The notes under the pieces were generated by a model. The model ran no database searches. It was given only the letters and a program-made list of their open reading frames with translations, and was not told where the DNA came from. A stretch of 61,992 nt of DNA, filler included, from Stramenopiles sp. TOSAG23-3 (taxonomy: Eukaryota): the NCBI GenBank assembly GCA_900128585.1. It is 6 parts of 6 records of this genome, joined end to end, with 100 filler letters (N's around TTAATTAATTAA, not from the genome) between each part and the next. Parts side by side here need not be neighbours in the genome. Positions count along the whole stretch, not along the records: positions 26,697 to 53,280 come from LT642273.1; 5 more parts are not named here. One strand, given 5' to 3'. This document shows positions 33,700 through 44,424 of the stretch, piece by piece (positions within the stretch are counted from its first letter, which is position 1; each line of letters begins with the position of its first letter). The translations under genes and the position numbers were made by a program.

Positions 33700-36600
33700 A
33701 TGTTCGGAAACAAAGCCAAAACTATTGTAAAAAAGCTGGAACCATCCAACTTCTTCGCGCTGGAAGAGGCAGATCAGACCGCTGCTTTGGATGCCCTCAA
33801 CGATTATGCAACGACGCAAAGTAAACTCAATCAATTGGTGGAGGAAGATATGTTGGGCAGGTTTGGAAGAATTATCCGAGGTGCAAACAAAGCGCATCTC
33901 TTACCGGCAGTTCACCACAAACTCATGAGCACCGTGCAAACGTTTGCAAAGATTGAAAGTTTTAGGACGAAGTTCGGCGTTGACTCTGGTATGTGCGGAA
34001 TATTAATGACCGAAATTGGAAATTTGATAAGTACTGTCGACAGCTTAATATCTTCTTCCGAAGCCGCGGCTCTCAACCAAAATTCTAGGAGCCGCGAAGT
34101 AAAAATGAACATGCGGCTCAAGATGGCAAAACCACACGACCATCCTTTTAAGGTAAAATTTGGAACCGGACCTCTGGGATTTAAACTGACGCCAGAAAAT
34201 ACAAAAAAGAAGACCGGGGCCGTCATAAAGTCTATAGTCCAGAACAGTTTAGGTGGCAAAGAAAAGTTAGTCAGAGTCGGAGACCGCATCGTTGGGATGA
34301 ACAACGTGATGTTCAAGAATGTTAAATGCGAAACGATAAGAAAGAAAATAAACAAGAGCAAACGGCCCGTCGAAATAAACTTCATAGGCTTGCGAGATGG
34401 GGAAGAAATAAAAGCGATAGACGAGGAGGCCATCTCTCGGATCGAGGATGAGAAAAAGAAAAGAATAGACAACGAGTTAAAAGCTCAAGGGAAGGACTTG
34501 GAAAAGATAGCTCTAAAGAAGGAAAAAAAGAAAGGAGAAGCGTACGAGTACGAAGCAACGTTCGGGAAAGGTCCCCTGGGCCTCGATCTCCGATCCAGGA
34601 GAAAAGATGGACGTGGAACCGTCATCAAGGATGTCCTTGAAGGCGGGCAGTCGTCTAAAATGGGGGGGATCAAAGTCGGGCACAGCCTCGTAGGAATAAA
34701 TGGCGAAGACATTCGTAATGATTATGCAGTGGAAACAATACGATTGCTGAAAAAGGCCAAGCGCCCACTTGTCTTAAGGTTTCGGGGGATAGAACTGATC
34801 AGACCGCCAGGATTCGAGTACGAAATCTCATTCCATCCGGGTCCGATGGGAATGGAATTAGAGCCTCGTGAAATTTTGAGTAGCAACGGGGCCATAGTTG
34901 TTAGTATTGCGCCAAATAGTCAAGCAGATCATGATGGGGAGCTGCACGAGGGCCATCAAATTATTAAAGTTGCTGACAAGGAATGCAAGAATCGCACGTT
35001 GAAAGAAATTAAGAAACTCTTGATTTCCGCTGCTCGTCCCTGTAAAGTAATGTTCCAAATTAGAGATGTGGAGAAAGAAAATGCGCTTGAACGGAAAAAG
35101 GATTTTGAAGCGCAGGCTCGAGTGGAAGCAAAATTAGAGGAAAAACGTGCGCCTGTGAAAACTGTTGTGCTAGAGAAAGGCCCTCATGGCATTATGCTCG
35201 AACTTATCCCTGGGCAGGCCAGAGGAGTGCGAATCCAGCGACTTGCTCGAAGCAGTACGGCTGAAGCGCACAAAGACCTAAAGGTAGGATTAGAAGTTCT
35301 CGAAATCAACAATGAAGATTTTAAAAATCGAGCCCTCGTACCAGCACAGAAGAAGATTAGCAAATTTCCGTACCCGATGACCATTGTGGTCCAAGACAGG
35401 TGGCTTACCCACTACAATGATGGTAAGCGCCTCGCCGTGGCCGAAAACGAACATAACATATTTTGGTCAGAAAGGAACCCGGCTCTCGACTTCACGCTAA
35501 AAGTTAATCCAGGGTCACCTTATGGTGCTATCGTTGGAACGGTGAAACCAGAAATTCAGCAAGGTTTTGCAGCTATGAATGGATTGAAAGTCGGGTACCC
35601 GTTGATGCGTATTAATGACGTTGACTGCACTGCGTTGACGAAAATAAGGATTGACGAGCTGATGCGAAACGCAAGAAACAACAGGCCATTGACAATTACA
35701 TTTATGAAAATGACGGATGAAGAAATTAAAGCAGCGGAGACAAAAGGGCACAAGGCGCGGATAGCTGGAATTACCTCGAAAGTGGGGAAAAAGAAAGTGA
35801 ATTTGCGTGGCTTGCTGTGGTCCATGGCGCCCAAAGCCAAGAAAGAGATTAAAATGCCTCAGAATGCGGAGTTAGCCCTGGAAGTAATTCCTGAATATGC
35901 CAAGGTACTGTTTGAGTTGTGTCTAAATGCTGAATGTGTTCGAGCAACGTGCCATGAAGACTCATTTGAAGTTCTTTGCAAAGGCATTCAAATATTCAAC
36001 AAAGTAACCAGTCGCTCAAAAGACACAGTCTTGCCAATGCTTCTAAAACTTTGCTCTGTTTTGATCGATAGCCCTAAAGGCGTGGAGCGATTTCTGCGTG
36101 CTTCGACGCTCTTGCGAATGTGGATAGACACGCTATGGAGTGAAAACAACATAGCTGCATTGCACCAATTAGCTGGACTCCTTTACAAAATTACAGTCGC
36201 AGAAGAGTCGCTTAAGCATAAGGACTACGCACCAGTGTATATTTTCCGTGTAAGTGTAAACAAGTTGAACGATCTGGGCGAAAAAATGCTGGCCAATAAA
36301 ACCGACGGGCACGCGTGCTACGAGACAATCGGGAAAATTTGCTGCTTCATAGTTGAAAAAGATCATTACAGAAAAGATATTTTGGAGGCGCATTACAAGC
36401 CTCCTGGCTTTGCTGGTTTATGGACTCTTTTAGCGAAGTCCAGAAAGTTACCGGTCATCTCAATTACCACTAGTTTAATTGCATGGGTTAGTCTAGATAA
36501 ATCGCACAGTTTGTATGCTCTCCAACCAAAAAACCCAAGGGCATGTATTGTCCCACCCTTCAACTCTATTCACGTCCTTGTAATGTCCATGCACAGAACT

Positions 36601-39600
36601 TCCTCTCAAAACGCCCAGGTAGTCTTTGAATATGAAGCAGTTTTTGAGCAAGGGTCGCTCGGTCTTCAGCTGGACAAGAGGCCAGGTAAGCGAACTGGAG
36701 TAGTCGTGCATGGAATTCGGGACGGTTCCCAGGCCGACCTCTTGGAGACTATTGAAGTTGGTGATATCCTCATCGGAATTGAGGAAACAAACACGGAAAA
36801 ATTCACTTTGGAGAGGGCTATGGCAACATTGAAAGGGGCTTCCCGGCCTCTGAAATTGAAGTTTAACAAACCAAATATAGGTTCAGAGGATCCCTCCAAG
36901 ACAGCCGAATTCGACGGCAAGTTCGGTTCTGGATCAATGGGAATTAGACTAGATCATATACCCGGACTTACTTCAGGGGCTATAGTTACTCATGTAGAAG
37001 AAGGTTCTCAGGCGTCCACGATGGAACGTTTGAACAAAGGAGACGCGGTTGTTGCAATTGCAGGGAAGAATGTGGAAGACAGGACTTTGCCGCAGATAAT
37101 AAAACTCCTTCACGCCTCAAAACGCCCGATGTTTGTGACTTTTCGGGATCCAAACCCAAAGTCAGAGCGCGATCTCATGGCTGACTTGCACTTGATAAGT
37201 GCAACCAGGCTTCTGGGAGCAATACTCAAGTATCATACGAGTCCCGGTGCTATGGCCATTCGTTTAACGCAAAGACGGACGGAGCTTAGCGCGAGTGCGA
37301 GGAAGAAAAAATCTGGAATGCAATTGCTGTCCCGTTTTAAAGCGAAAAAGGCTGGGAAAAAAAGTGATTTAGAAGATCAGAAAGCAGAAAGTGAGCTAGA
37401 GCATGCAAAAATATCGTTGGATCATCCATTAGAAGGAATTTTAAGGGTTGAAGATGCTGAAATTTTGACGGAATTAGTGTTTGGAAGAATTCTTAGGACG
37501 CCCCATCCATCGTATGATTTAACATTTCATATGTTCGAAGTCGTCGAAATTATAACCTCTGTCGACCCAGACCGGGTGAGCAATCTTAGCATACCGGCAT
37601 TCATACATATGGCGACTATGCCAGAAGACGACGTTGACACGGAATTCTTGCCACATGTTCTGGAAGCCGCAACCGCGTCAGTAAACCGAATAGTGCTGAA
37701 GTATGGTACTGTGATAGGGGAATTGCTGGTCGCGAATGGGGCAATGTCCTTAGTCGCAAATGCGTTCAACCGTTGCAGGCAGTGTGCTCGTCAGCCGGAG
37801 GATCACCCTTTTTTGAATGCCGATATAGAGATTCTAAAGTGGAATTTTCAAGTGACAAATCTACTGTGCAGTATTGGAGCAGTCAGTTCGGAGCAGATTC
37901 AAGTTATACTTAGAGAGTCAGGGTCCCAGTTCGTTCCAACTTTGTACTTCTTGGCAGACACATTTCGGACGCTTGTTAGGACTGAAATGGAAAATGAAGA
38001 CGCCTTGAAAGAGCAAGGCGATGAAGATGGCGACGGTATTATCGACGACCCATATATTCTGGAGGATGTAAAGCACATCGAGGCTCGAGTAAAAGTGTTA
38101 CGAAACATTCAAGCGCAACTGTACGAGGGCATCTTCAGGCTTTGCAGAAACAACACCCCTTGCAGGGACGAGCTTTCTGAAAGCAAGTACATTCCAGCGA
38201 CAGTCAATGGAATCGGCTCGATGGCCCTGGTTGGAAGCCGGTTGTCGAACCAAGGGCTAGTAGCCCTCTCTCGGCTGTTGCTCTTGCTAACATTCGACGA
38301 AGACCGTTTAGACCCTATACTGTCCGACAAAGGGGCCGTTTCATTAGTACGCGTTTCGTGCAGTGCCTTTACCCGTGCTCTAGTGTCGGAGGATTCAGAA
38401 TGGGACGATTTTGGAGGCATTAGCGTGCTGCTCCAAAACTTGGGGCAAGTAGTGAGCCAAGTACTGCGACTGATAGATATTGATCACGTACTGGATCACA
38501 CCGGAGGCAGGCCCCTGTCAAGGCCCTTGGTCCTCAGAGTCTGCCAGCTGTTGGGACGACTCTTAAATATTCGGGAACAAAAGTACGTTGACAACGTCAA
38601 GTCAGCAGTTTTTTCTTTGGTGATAATTCTGTACGAAATGGCGTCCGTGAATGCAAACCGTATGATGCTGGTTGAAGAGGAGGCCCCGCTTGTTCTCTGC
38701 AACGTCATTTGCACCCCGATATTTTCAAAAAATGTAATGATTTCTGCAGCTGGAGCATTTTTCAATATAACATGCAACAAGGGCACGGTGATTGAATTGC
38801 AGGACCCTAGCCAAGGCAGCGAGCTAATGCGGCTCGCAAAATGCCTGGAAATCCAAGCCGACAACCATACTCCTCACTGCCAAGCCTTGATGATTTCTGC
38901 GATTCGGAACATTGTGCAAGGCGTAAGAAATAAAGCGATGAAGGCGGCGGCTGGATGTAGATTTTTGGTGCCCACGTTGTGTGTCTATCTAGCAGAATCG
39001 GCGCACGTGACTGGGATAGCCAGCATCATTACCACGAAAACCTTTGGCGAGGAAGATGAGGTATTCTTACCATCTCTTGCAACCGAGTCATTGGAGCTCC
39101 TGAAGCTGATCACGCACATAAAACCTGTTGATTTGAAGGAGACAAGAGACCGTGTTTTGATGGGACGAAAACGTTTTCCAGCGGGGCTAATGTCTTTGGA
39201 CACTTTAGAAGAACTACGAAAAATTCGGGCCGAATACAAACAGAAGGAGGCAAAAAGTACTGTCAATCAACAGCACAAGGAGGAGTCCGAAGATAATGAT
39301 TTTTTCGACATGGAGATTACCCTGGATGACAAAGACGCTGTGTTTGACGAGTACGATCGCGTTGAGGACTCCCCAAGAGTTTTGCAGGCCGCCGCGGTTA
39401 GGAGAAGCGGGGAAAACACGGTTAATATTGTAAAGTGGGTAGATTTTGAGTTTTGGTCGAATGAGATGAAAAATTCAGGAGTTGCGGAACAGCACCGTAA
39501 TAAAATATTATCTGAAGAGCGCAAAGGGCTTAAACTTTCCAACGCAGCAGCAACAATCTTTGACACAGAAACGAACGAAACAAGCAAATCTTCTCATCAC

Positions 39601-40050
39601 TTGGGAACGATCACAACGAGGTCCTTTCTCGAGCACTACGAAGACAACGGAAGGGAGGAAGAGAGACTTAAGGGCAACCTCATGGAAGTTGATGCACTTT
39701 ATGATTTGAACGAAGAGTTGAAGGTCAAGCAGCGAAGAGAACGTGAAATCATGCACGACAGACTTAGAAACGCAAAACAAACCACCGTGAACCATTCGAA
39801 AGTGTCGAAAAGTGAGCTGGGGCGACTTGCAAGAAATATGATGCAAAGTGGCTTTTTTGGAGAAAGATTGGAATCGCACTCACCGGTAAACATCAAGAGG
39901 TATAGTGATACGTTTGATTTGTCTGCTGCAACCGCAGATGGGATTGATTTGTCCACTAAAAGTACTAATTATTACCTGCACAATACCGATTTTCCGCAAA
40001 CGAACGACGACGGGGGTATTTTTGCAGAAAAATTCCGGTACACCGTCTGA
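33700..40050 (+). CDS. Giant multi-PDZ protein with ARM/HEAT-like helical repeats
   Basis: Seven PDZ-like units (GPLGFKL, GPLGLDL, GPMGMEL, GPHGIML, PALDFTL, GSLGLQL, GSMGIRL, mostly ending in RP..(I/L).F) embedded in Leu-rich helical sequence; first ATG at 33700. Confidence 0.88.
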   Translation: MFGNKAKTIVKKLEPSNFFALEEADQTAALDALNDYATTQSKLNQLVEEDMLGRFGRIIRGANKAHLLPAVHHKLMSTVQTFAKIESFRTKFGVDSGMCGILMTEIGNLISTVDSLISSSEAAALNQNSRSREVKMNMRLKMAKPHDHPFKVKFGTGPLGFKLTPENTKKKTGAVIKSIVQNSLGGKEKLVRVGDRIVGMNNVMFKNVKCETIRKKINKSKRPVEINFIGLRDGEEIKAIDEEAISRIEDEKKKRIDNELKAQGKDLEKIALKKEKKKGEAYEYEATFGKGPLGLDLRSRRKDGRGTVIKDVLEGGQSSKMGGIKVGHSLVGINGEDIRNDYAVETIRLLKKAKRPLVLRFRGIELIRPPGFEYEISFHPGPMGMELEPREILSSNGAIVVSIAPNSQADHDGELHEGHQIIKVADKECKNRTLKEIKKLLISAARPCKVMFQIRDVEKENALERKKDFEAQARVEAKLEEKRAPVKTVVLEKGPHGIMLELIPGQARGVRIQRLARSSTAEAHKDLKVGLEVLEINNEDFKNRALVPAQKKISKFPYPMTIVVQDRWLTHYNDGKRLAVAENEHNIFWSERNPALDFTLKVNPGSPYGAIVGTVKPEIQQGFAAMNGLKVGYPLMRINDVDCTALTKIRIDELMRNARNNRPLTITFMKMTDEEIKAAETKGHKARIAGITSKVGKKKVNLRGLLWSMAPKAKKEIKMPQNAELALEVIPEYAKVLFELCLNAECVRATCHEDSFEVLCKGIQIFNKVTSRSKDTVLPMLLKLCSVLIDSPKGVERFLRASTLLRMWIDTLWSENNIAALHQLAGLLYKITVAEESLKHKDYAPVYIFRVSVNKLNDLGEKMLANKTDGHACYETIGKICCFIVEKDHYRKDILEAHYKPPGFAGLWTLLAKSRKLPVISITTSLIAWVSLDKSHSLYALQPKNPRACIVPPFNSIHVLVMSMHRTSSQNAQVVFEYEAVFEQGSLGLQLDKRPGKRTGVVVHGIRDGSQADLLETIEVGDILIGIEETNTEKFTLERAMATLKGASRPLKLKFNKPNIGSEDPSKTAEFDGKFGSGSMGIRLDHIPGLTSGAIVTHVEEGSQASTMERLNKGDAVVAIAGKNVEDRTLPQIIKLLHASKRPMFVTFRDPNPKSERDLMADLHLISATRLLGAILKYHTSPGAMAIRLTQRRTELSASARKKKSGMQLLSRFKAKKAGKKSDLEDQKAESELEHAKISLDHPLEGILRVEDAEILTELVFGRILRTPHPSYDLTFHMFEVVEIITSVDPDRVSNLSIPAFIHMATMPEDDVDTEFLPHVLEAATASVNRIVLKYGTVIGELLVANGAMSLVANAFNRCRQCARQPEDHPFLNADIEILKWNFQVTNLLCSIGAVSSEQIQVILRESGSQFVPTLYFLADTFRTLVRTEMENEDALKEQGDEDGDGIIDDPYILEDVKHIEARVKVLRNIQAQLYEGIFRLCRNNTPCRDELSESKYIPATVNGIGSMALVGSRLSNQGLVALSRLLLLLTFDEDRLDPILSDKGAVSLVRVSCSAFTRALVSEDSEWDDFGGISVLLQNLGQVVSQVLRLIDIDHVLDHTGGRPLSRPLVLRVCQLLGRLLNIREQKYVDNVKSAVFSLVIILYEMASVNANRMMLVEEEAPLVLCNVICTPIFSKNVMISAAGAFFNITCNKGTVIELQDPSQGSELMRLAKCLEIQADNHTPHCQALMISAIRNIVQGVRNKAMKAAAGCRFLVPTLCVYLAESAHVTGIASIITTKTFGEEDEVFLPSLATESLELLKLITHIKPVDLKETRDRVLMGRKRFPAGLMSLDTLEELRKIRAEYKQKEAKSTVNQQHKEESEDNDFFDMEITLDDKDAVFDEYDRVEDSPRVLQAAAVRRSGENTVNIVKWVDFEFWSNEMKNSGVAEQHRNKILSEERKGLKLSNAAATIFDTETNETSKSSHHLGTITTRSFLEHYEDNGREEERLKGNLMEVDALYDLNEELKVKQRREREIMHDRLRNAKQTTVNHSKVSKSELGRLARNMMQSGFFGERLESHSPVNIKRYSDTFDLSAATADGIDLSTKSTNYYLHNTDFPQTNDDGGIFAEKFRYTV

Positions 40051-40291
40051 CAAGAGAACGCTTGTAAAAACAGCGGAACGTGTCGCAAAGGGGGGAAAAG
40101 GGTGTGTGTGTTTTTTAAAAAAATCAGGCATTTGGTAGAGCGTGTAACTTTGCACATGCATAAAAACATAATCTTACGACCAAATAAACGTATTGTACGC
40201 GAGGGAAATTCAATACTCGGCGCACCTACCTTCCCGTCAAAACAATGCAAAAAAATAGTTCATGCGCGCATGCTGCTTCCCCTATCTCTCT

Positions 40292-40786
40292 CTACTGTTG
40301 TTGATCCTTTCCTGTATTTCTGAGAGCACAATAAATCAAGGTGCCCATAAAAATATAGCGCGAGAGAGCGCCAATCGGCCGGAAAATGCTCATACCACTT
40401 TGTCCAGGGCGCATGTTTCTGTGATCGATTTTCCCCTGCTGCAAAGCTCCGTATAAAAATGTCAGAGTAGCACCGGCGGCACCAACGCAAGATAGTTTCT
40501 CGAGCGTGTCCAGTTTCCTTTTATCGCGGTCGGCTTTGTATTTTATTACAAGCATCAATAGGCCGAGCATTGGGGCATATTCAGTATTATTCAATTGAGC
40601 CCTGGACCACTTTTTGTAGTAAACAGTTCTCAAGAAAGCGGCGGCGGCAGACCTGGGGTCTTTTGCTCTCCTGGCAACAGCCATCTGTTCCCCATTTATC
40701 GCAGACATCTTCATAGCCAGCAACAGTTCAAGAGCGGCAAGCACGGAAATAGACGATACTGCCGCATCGGTGTTGAACATTGACAT
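40292..40786 (-). CDS. MAPEG family membrane protein
   Basis: RAQLNNTEYAP motif, about 4 TM helices, C-terminal RPIGALSRY. Confidence 0.8.
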   Translation of the reverse strand: MSMFNTDAAVSSISVLAALELLLAMKMSAINGEQMAVARRAKDPRSAAAAFLRTVYYKKWSRAQLNNTEYAPMLGLLMLVIKYKADRDKRKLDTLEKLSCVGAAGATLTFLYGALQQGKIDHRNMRPGQSGMSIFRPIGALSRYIFMGTLIYCALRNTGKDQQQ

Positions 40787-41487
40787 ACCGTTTCAAGAAT
40801 ACCTTTATTCACGGACAACAACTCCTCGGTCCAAAATTTAAAATTCAATTTCGTTTGCTCGTTTTAAAAATCTTTACTATGCTATGGGGGTTGACACGTT
40901 CGCTTGTTTATTTGTTTATCTTCACATCCTGAACTTTGATGGATCTATATAATCATTTAAAAACCCTTTCTTCTTTGTCCATCTTCAACTTGAACACCCA
41001 CTCTCCCCTATTATTATTATCTCATCATCATCATCCTTCTTCTTCTTTTTTTTTTATAATACTTTTCTACGGTCCAACCAGGTTTTGAGAGGGAGAAGAG
41101 GAAGAAGAGAAAGAAGAGAAATAATAGAAGAAGAAGAATACAAAAAAAAAAAAGTATTTTTATATAATAATAAATAAATTTTTTTTTTATTATTTTATTA
41201 TTATTACTACGGCGCGGTATAATAATATTATTATATATATTCTTCACACATGATGTAGATAGAAGATGATGATAAAAAATATACTGTACCAGGTACCGTT
41301 AATTAAATGAATTTAGAAGTGGGTGGTTGACAACAACAACGGCAAAAACATTCCGTTCTGACTTTTCTTTCAGTGTGATGAGCGTTCAATTCAATGAATA
41401 ACCGAGGATTTTGGTGTAACAGAGACGTTCGTGGTTTTGCTTTCGAACGTTGTTTGCACAGGGAAACCTTAGTCGTTTTAGTTGGCC

Positions 41488-43464
41488 ATGGCTGAGAAGT
41501 CCGTCCAAGTTGTTGGTAGGTTTAGAGTGAAATCTTCCTCGTCTGCTTCGATCTCTACCGAACATAGCAGTACGTCCCATGGCAGCACTGCTCCGCAGAC
41601 CCGCAAGGACACCTCGTCTTCTTTGGGGGGTGACGGTGACGTGGTTGGCAGGTTTAGGGTGAAATCTTCCTCGTCTGCTTCAATCTCAACCGACCCTAAC
41701 AGTACGTCCCACGGCAGCTCTGCTCCGCAGACCCGCAAAGACACCTCGTCTTCTCTGGGAGGAGATGGTGACAGAGTGGGGATAGAGTTTAAGACCGATA
41801 ATGTTGTAAAGAAAGCAGCCCCAAACTTACAATGTCCGGCGAATGCGGGTGCAGGCGGGGAAGAAAAAGAAAGGGTTGGCCGGTTTCAGGTCACCACAGT
41901 GACTACACCAAAGGTGCAAGAGAAGCTGGTTGTCGCATCCGCTGGGGCGGAGGCGCCGCAGAAGAGCGCGACAAACGAAAAACCAAAAGTTGTCGGGCGG
42001 TTCAAAGTTACTTCGCAAGAGAGTAGCAGTAAGTCACAGGGGAGCGAACCTAACAGTAACCCGGCCCCAGCTGCGCCAGCAACGAAAGTCGGTAGGTTTA
42101 CAGTAGTAACGGACGAGAGCAAGAGTAAAGTTCAGCCCAAGGCGAAAAAAGACCCAAAGAAAGATCCAGACCGTGCGAAAGCATCGAACGAGAAGAGTGG
42201 GGTCCGGCCAACGAGCGGTTCCACCAATAGTACGGGAAGCATCGGCGTGCAACCAAACTCTATAAAGAAGAATGTGGCACTATCAGCCTTTGAAACTCAA
42301 CAGAAACCTGTACCTAACCCGAGGCCCACGGCAGATTCTGCAGCCAATTCCGGCAGTGCCGCCCCAACAGTGGCCGTGCCTGCGACCGTTGACCCGCCGC
42401 CCCAGATACATACGCCGGGTGGGGTCGCAGAGGGAGCCCCCGTGCCGCAGGTGCAGGGCAAATCGGATGGTGTTGGTAGTCGGTTCAAGCAAGTGACTAC
42501 AATGAACGAGGGGCAGGACGGAGGAAACGGGGGGGCAAACATGGTGGTGGCCGACACGGATTCGGATGCCGATTCAATTTACGAGGACGATGGGTTCGAC
42601 GCGGACGACGCATGGCATGGCCCAGGAAGGACCCAAGAAGGCGGTGGGCTAGTGCGAAAACCGTCTCGATTTAGTATAGTCAAAGGGGAAGTCGGTGGCG
42701 ATGGAAGCACACTGCCAGTCGCACTGAGCCCAGAAACGCACCCAAGGAAAGCCCACAGCACGTCTCCTACGTTAGGCTCGTCCCTGCGTCCAGTTCCGAT
42801 AGATTTGGAAGGTGATGACAGCGACCGGGCCGATAGTCCTCCTTCCCTGCCAGGGTTTCCTTTACCCAAGAAGGCGAAAGAGGCGAGTCGGTTTGTTCAG
42901 CACTATAATACCCCGGCAGGGATTGATGGGAAAACTGTGATTACGTTGGGCGACGAAGTCGACACCCCTGTATCCTCCGTAAACAGCAGCTTTACGTACA
43001 TGAATGTTGGTACTGATCGGCCTTTGGACACCGGTGAAGGTTCGACCGTGCACCCCAAAAAAATCAGTTTTGCAAACCAACAAGTGGGCAACCCCCAGCC
43101 ATCGGTTATTCAGAGTATATTGAACCAGCTGATGGAGTTGAAAACCAGCAATGTTAATACAGATAAAATGTTGAAGAAAATAATTGAGCAGCAGAATGCT
43201 TCAAAAGGGGGAGAGGGCAGTGTTTCTGAAATCAAAACCAATGTCTCCGTCGGCGCCGAGGCCAAGCGATTCCAGCGCACTGCGACCGCGTTCACCACCC
43301 AAGTAAGCGACATGGCAAACCAATGGGGTCTACAAAAGCAGCAAATACGGCGGCTACAGAATGAAAAAAGTGTGTTGGAAAACCAATTGAAAGATGCTAA
43401 AAAGGAGATCGAAAAGTTGAGCCTTCATATTGAGGTTATGTCAAAGAAAACAAAAGGTGAGTGA
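41488..43464 (+). CDS. Disordered protein with multiple RFx[V/I] motifs and C-terminal coiled coil/leucine zipper
   Basis: GRFRV x2, GRFQV, GRFKV, GRFTV, SRFSI in a S/P/T-rich low-complexity region; terminal heptads LQKQQIRRLQNEKSVLENQLKDAKKEIEKL. Confidence 0.85.
   Translation: MAEKSVQVVGRFRVKSSSSASISTEHSSTSHGSTAPQTRKDTSSSLGGDGDVVGRFRVKSSSSASISTDPNSTSHGSSAPQTRKDTSSSLGGDGDRVGIEFKTDNVVKKAAPNLQCPANAGAGGEEKERVGRFQVTTVTTPKVQEKLVVASAGAEAPQKSATNEKPKVVGRFKVTSQESSSKSQGSEPNSNPAPAAPATKVGRFTVVTDESKSKVQPKAKKDPKKDPDRAKASNEKSGVRPTSGSTNSTGSIGVQPNSIKKNVALSAFETQQKPVPNPRPTADSAANSGSAAPTVAVPATVDPPPQIHTPGGVAEGAPVPQVQGKSDGVGSRFKQVTTMNEGQDGGNGGANMVVADTDSDADSIYEDDGFDADDAWHGPGRTQEGGGLVRKPSRFSIVKGEVGGDGSTLPVALSPETHPRKAHSTSPTLGSSLRPVPIDLEGDDSDRADSPPSLPGFPLPKKAKEASRFVQHYNTPAGIDGKTVITLGDEVDTPVSSVNSSFTYMNVGTDRPLDTGEGSTVHPKKISFANQQVGNPQPSVIQSILNQLMELKTSNVNTDKMLKKIIEQQNASKGGEGSVSEIKTNVSVGAEAKRFQRTATAFTTQVSDMANQWGLQKQQIRRLQNEKSVLENQLKDAKKEIEKLSLHIEVMSKKTKGE
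41509..41772 (+). repeat. 132-bp (44-aa) in-frame tandem duplication
   Basis: VVGRFRVKSSSSASIST...DTSSSLGGDGD occurs twice with mostly synonymous differences. Confidence 0.95.
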
Positions 43465-43877
43465 TTATGATTCGGATTCAGATTCACATTTTTTTGCTTA
43501 TTCTTTACTTACGTTGAACTGCTTCGTACATATTCCACACATACACTGCTGTTGCTAAGGCTAATAAATAGCCGTCTACACGATACGATGTATTTTTTCA
43601 CCGAAACAACTAAAAATTACCTTGGAACCGTACGAGGAGACGACAAACGGTTGATTCAGCTCCACCTTTTTTCGTGCCCTTTCCGTATATAGAGATCTAT
43701 TACGAGGACTCCCTCATTGTCGTCTATTTATTAATACCTGGTGTAAGGTGGGTATTATGGGTAGATACTTGGAACCGAACCTGGTTTCTGTAAGGGTGTC
43801 GTATGTATTATTTATATCTACTTAGTATACGTTTTACCCTACTTATTGAAATACCTAAAAATAATAATAAAAATTGT

Positions 43878-43889
43878 GGAAGGAAGGAA

Positions 43890-43959
<70 letters not shown>

Positions 43960-44065
43960 AANNNNNNNNNNNNNNNNNNNNNNNNNNNNNNNNNNNNNNN
44001 NNNNNNNNNNNNNNNNNNNNNNNNNNNNNNNNNNNNNNNNNNNNNNNNNNNNNNNNNNNNNNNNA

Positions 44066-44137
<72 letters not shown>
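43878..44137. repeat. (GAAA)n microsatellite spanning an N gap
   Basis: Perfect AAAG arrays either side of the Ns. Confidence 0.95.
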
Positions 44138-44424
44138 AGGAAGTTATTTTAATCTTCTTCTCCTCATCACCATCAATTCTTCTATATTATTATATTATTA
44201 TTTTTTCCTCCGACGACCGACGATCTCGAATCTTCTTTCTTCTTCTATCTCTTGCTGCTTCGCGAAAAGAAATGTTGTAATTGAAAAAATTCTCAAGAAG
44301 ACATCATAATGAACAAACAGATGCGATCGATTAAACTGAAAAGGAAAGATTTACCGTCGTGATTCAGTTGTACCTTTTTTGTTTGTTTAAATATTTAGTA
44401 TTAGGTTGGTATTTGGTGCAAACA

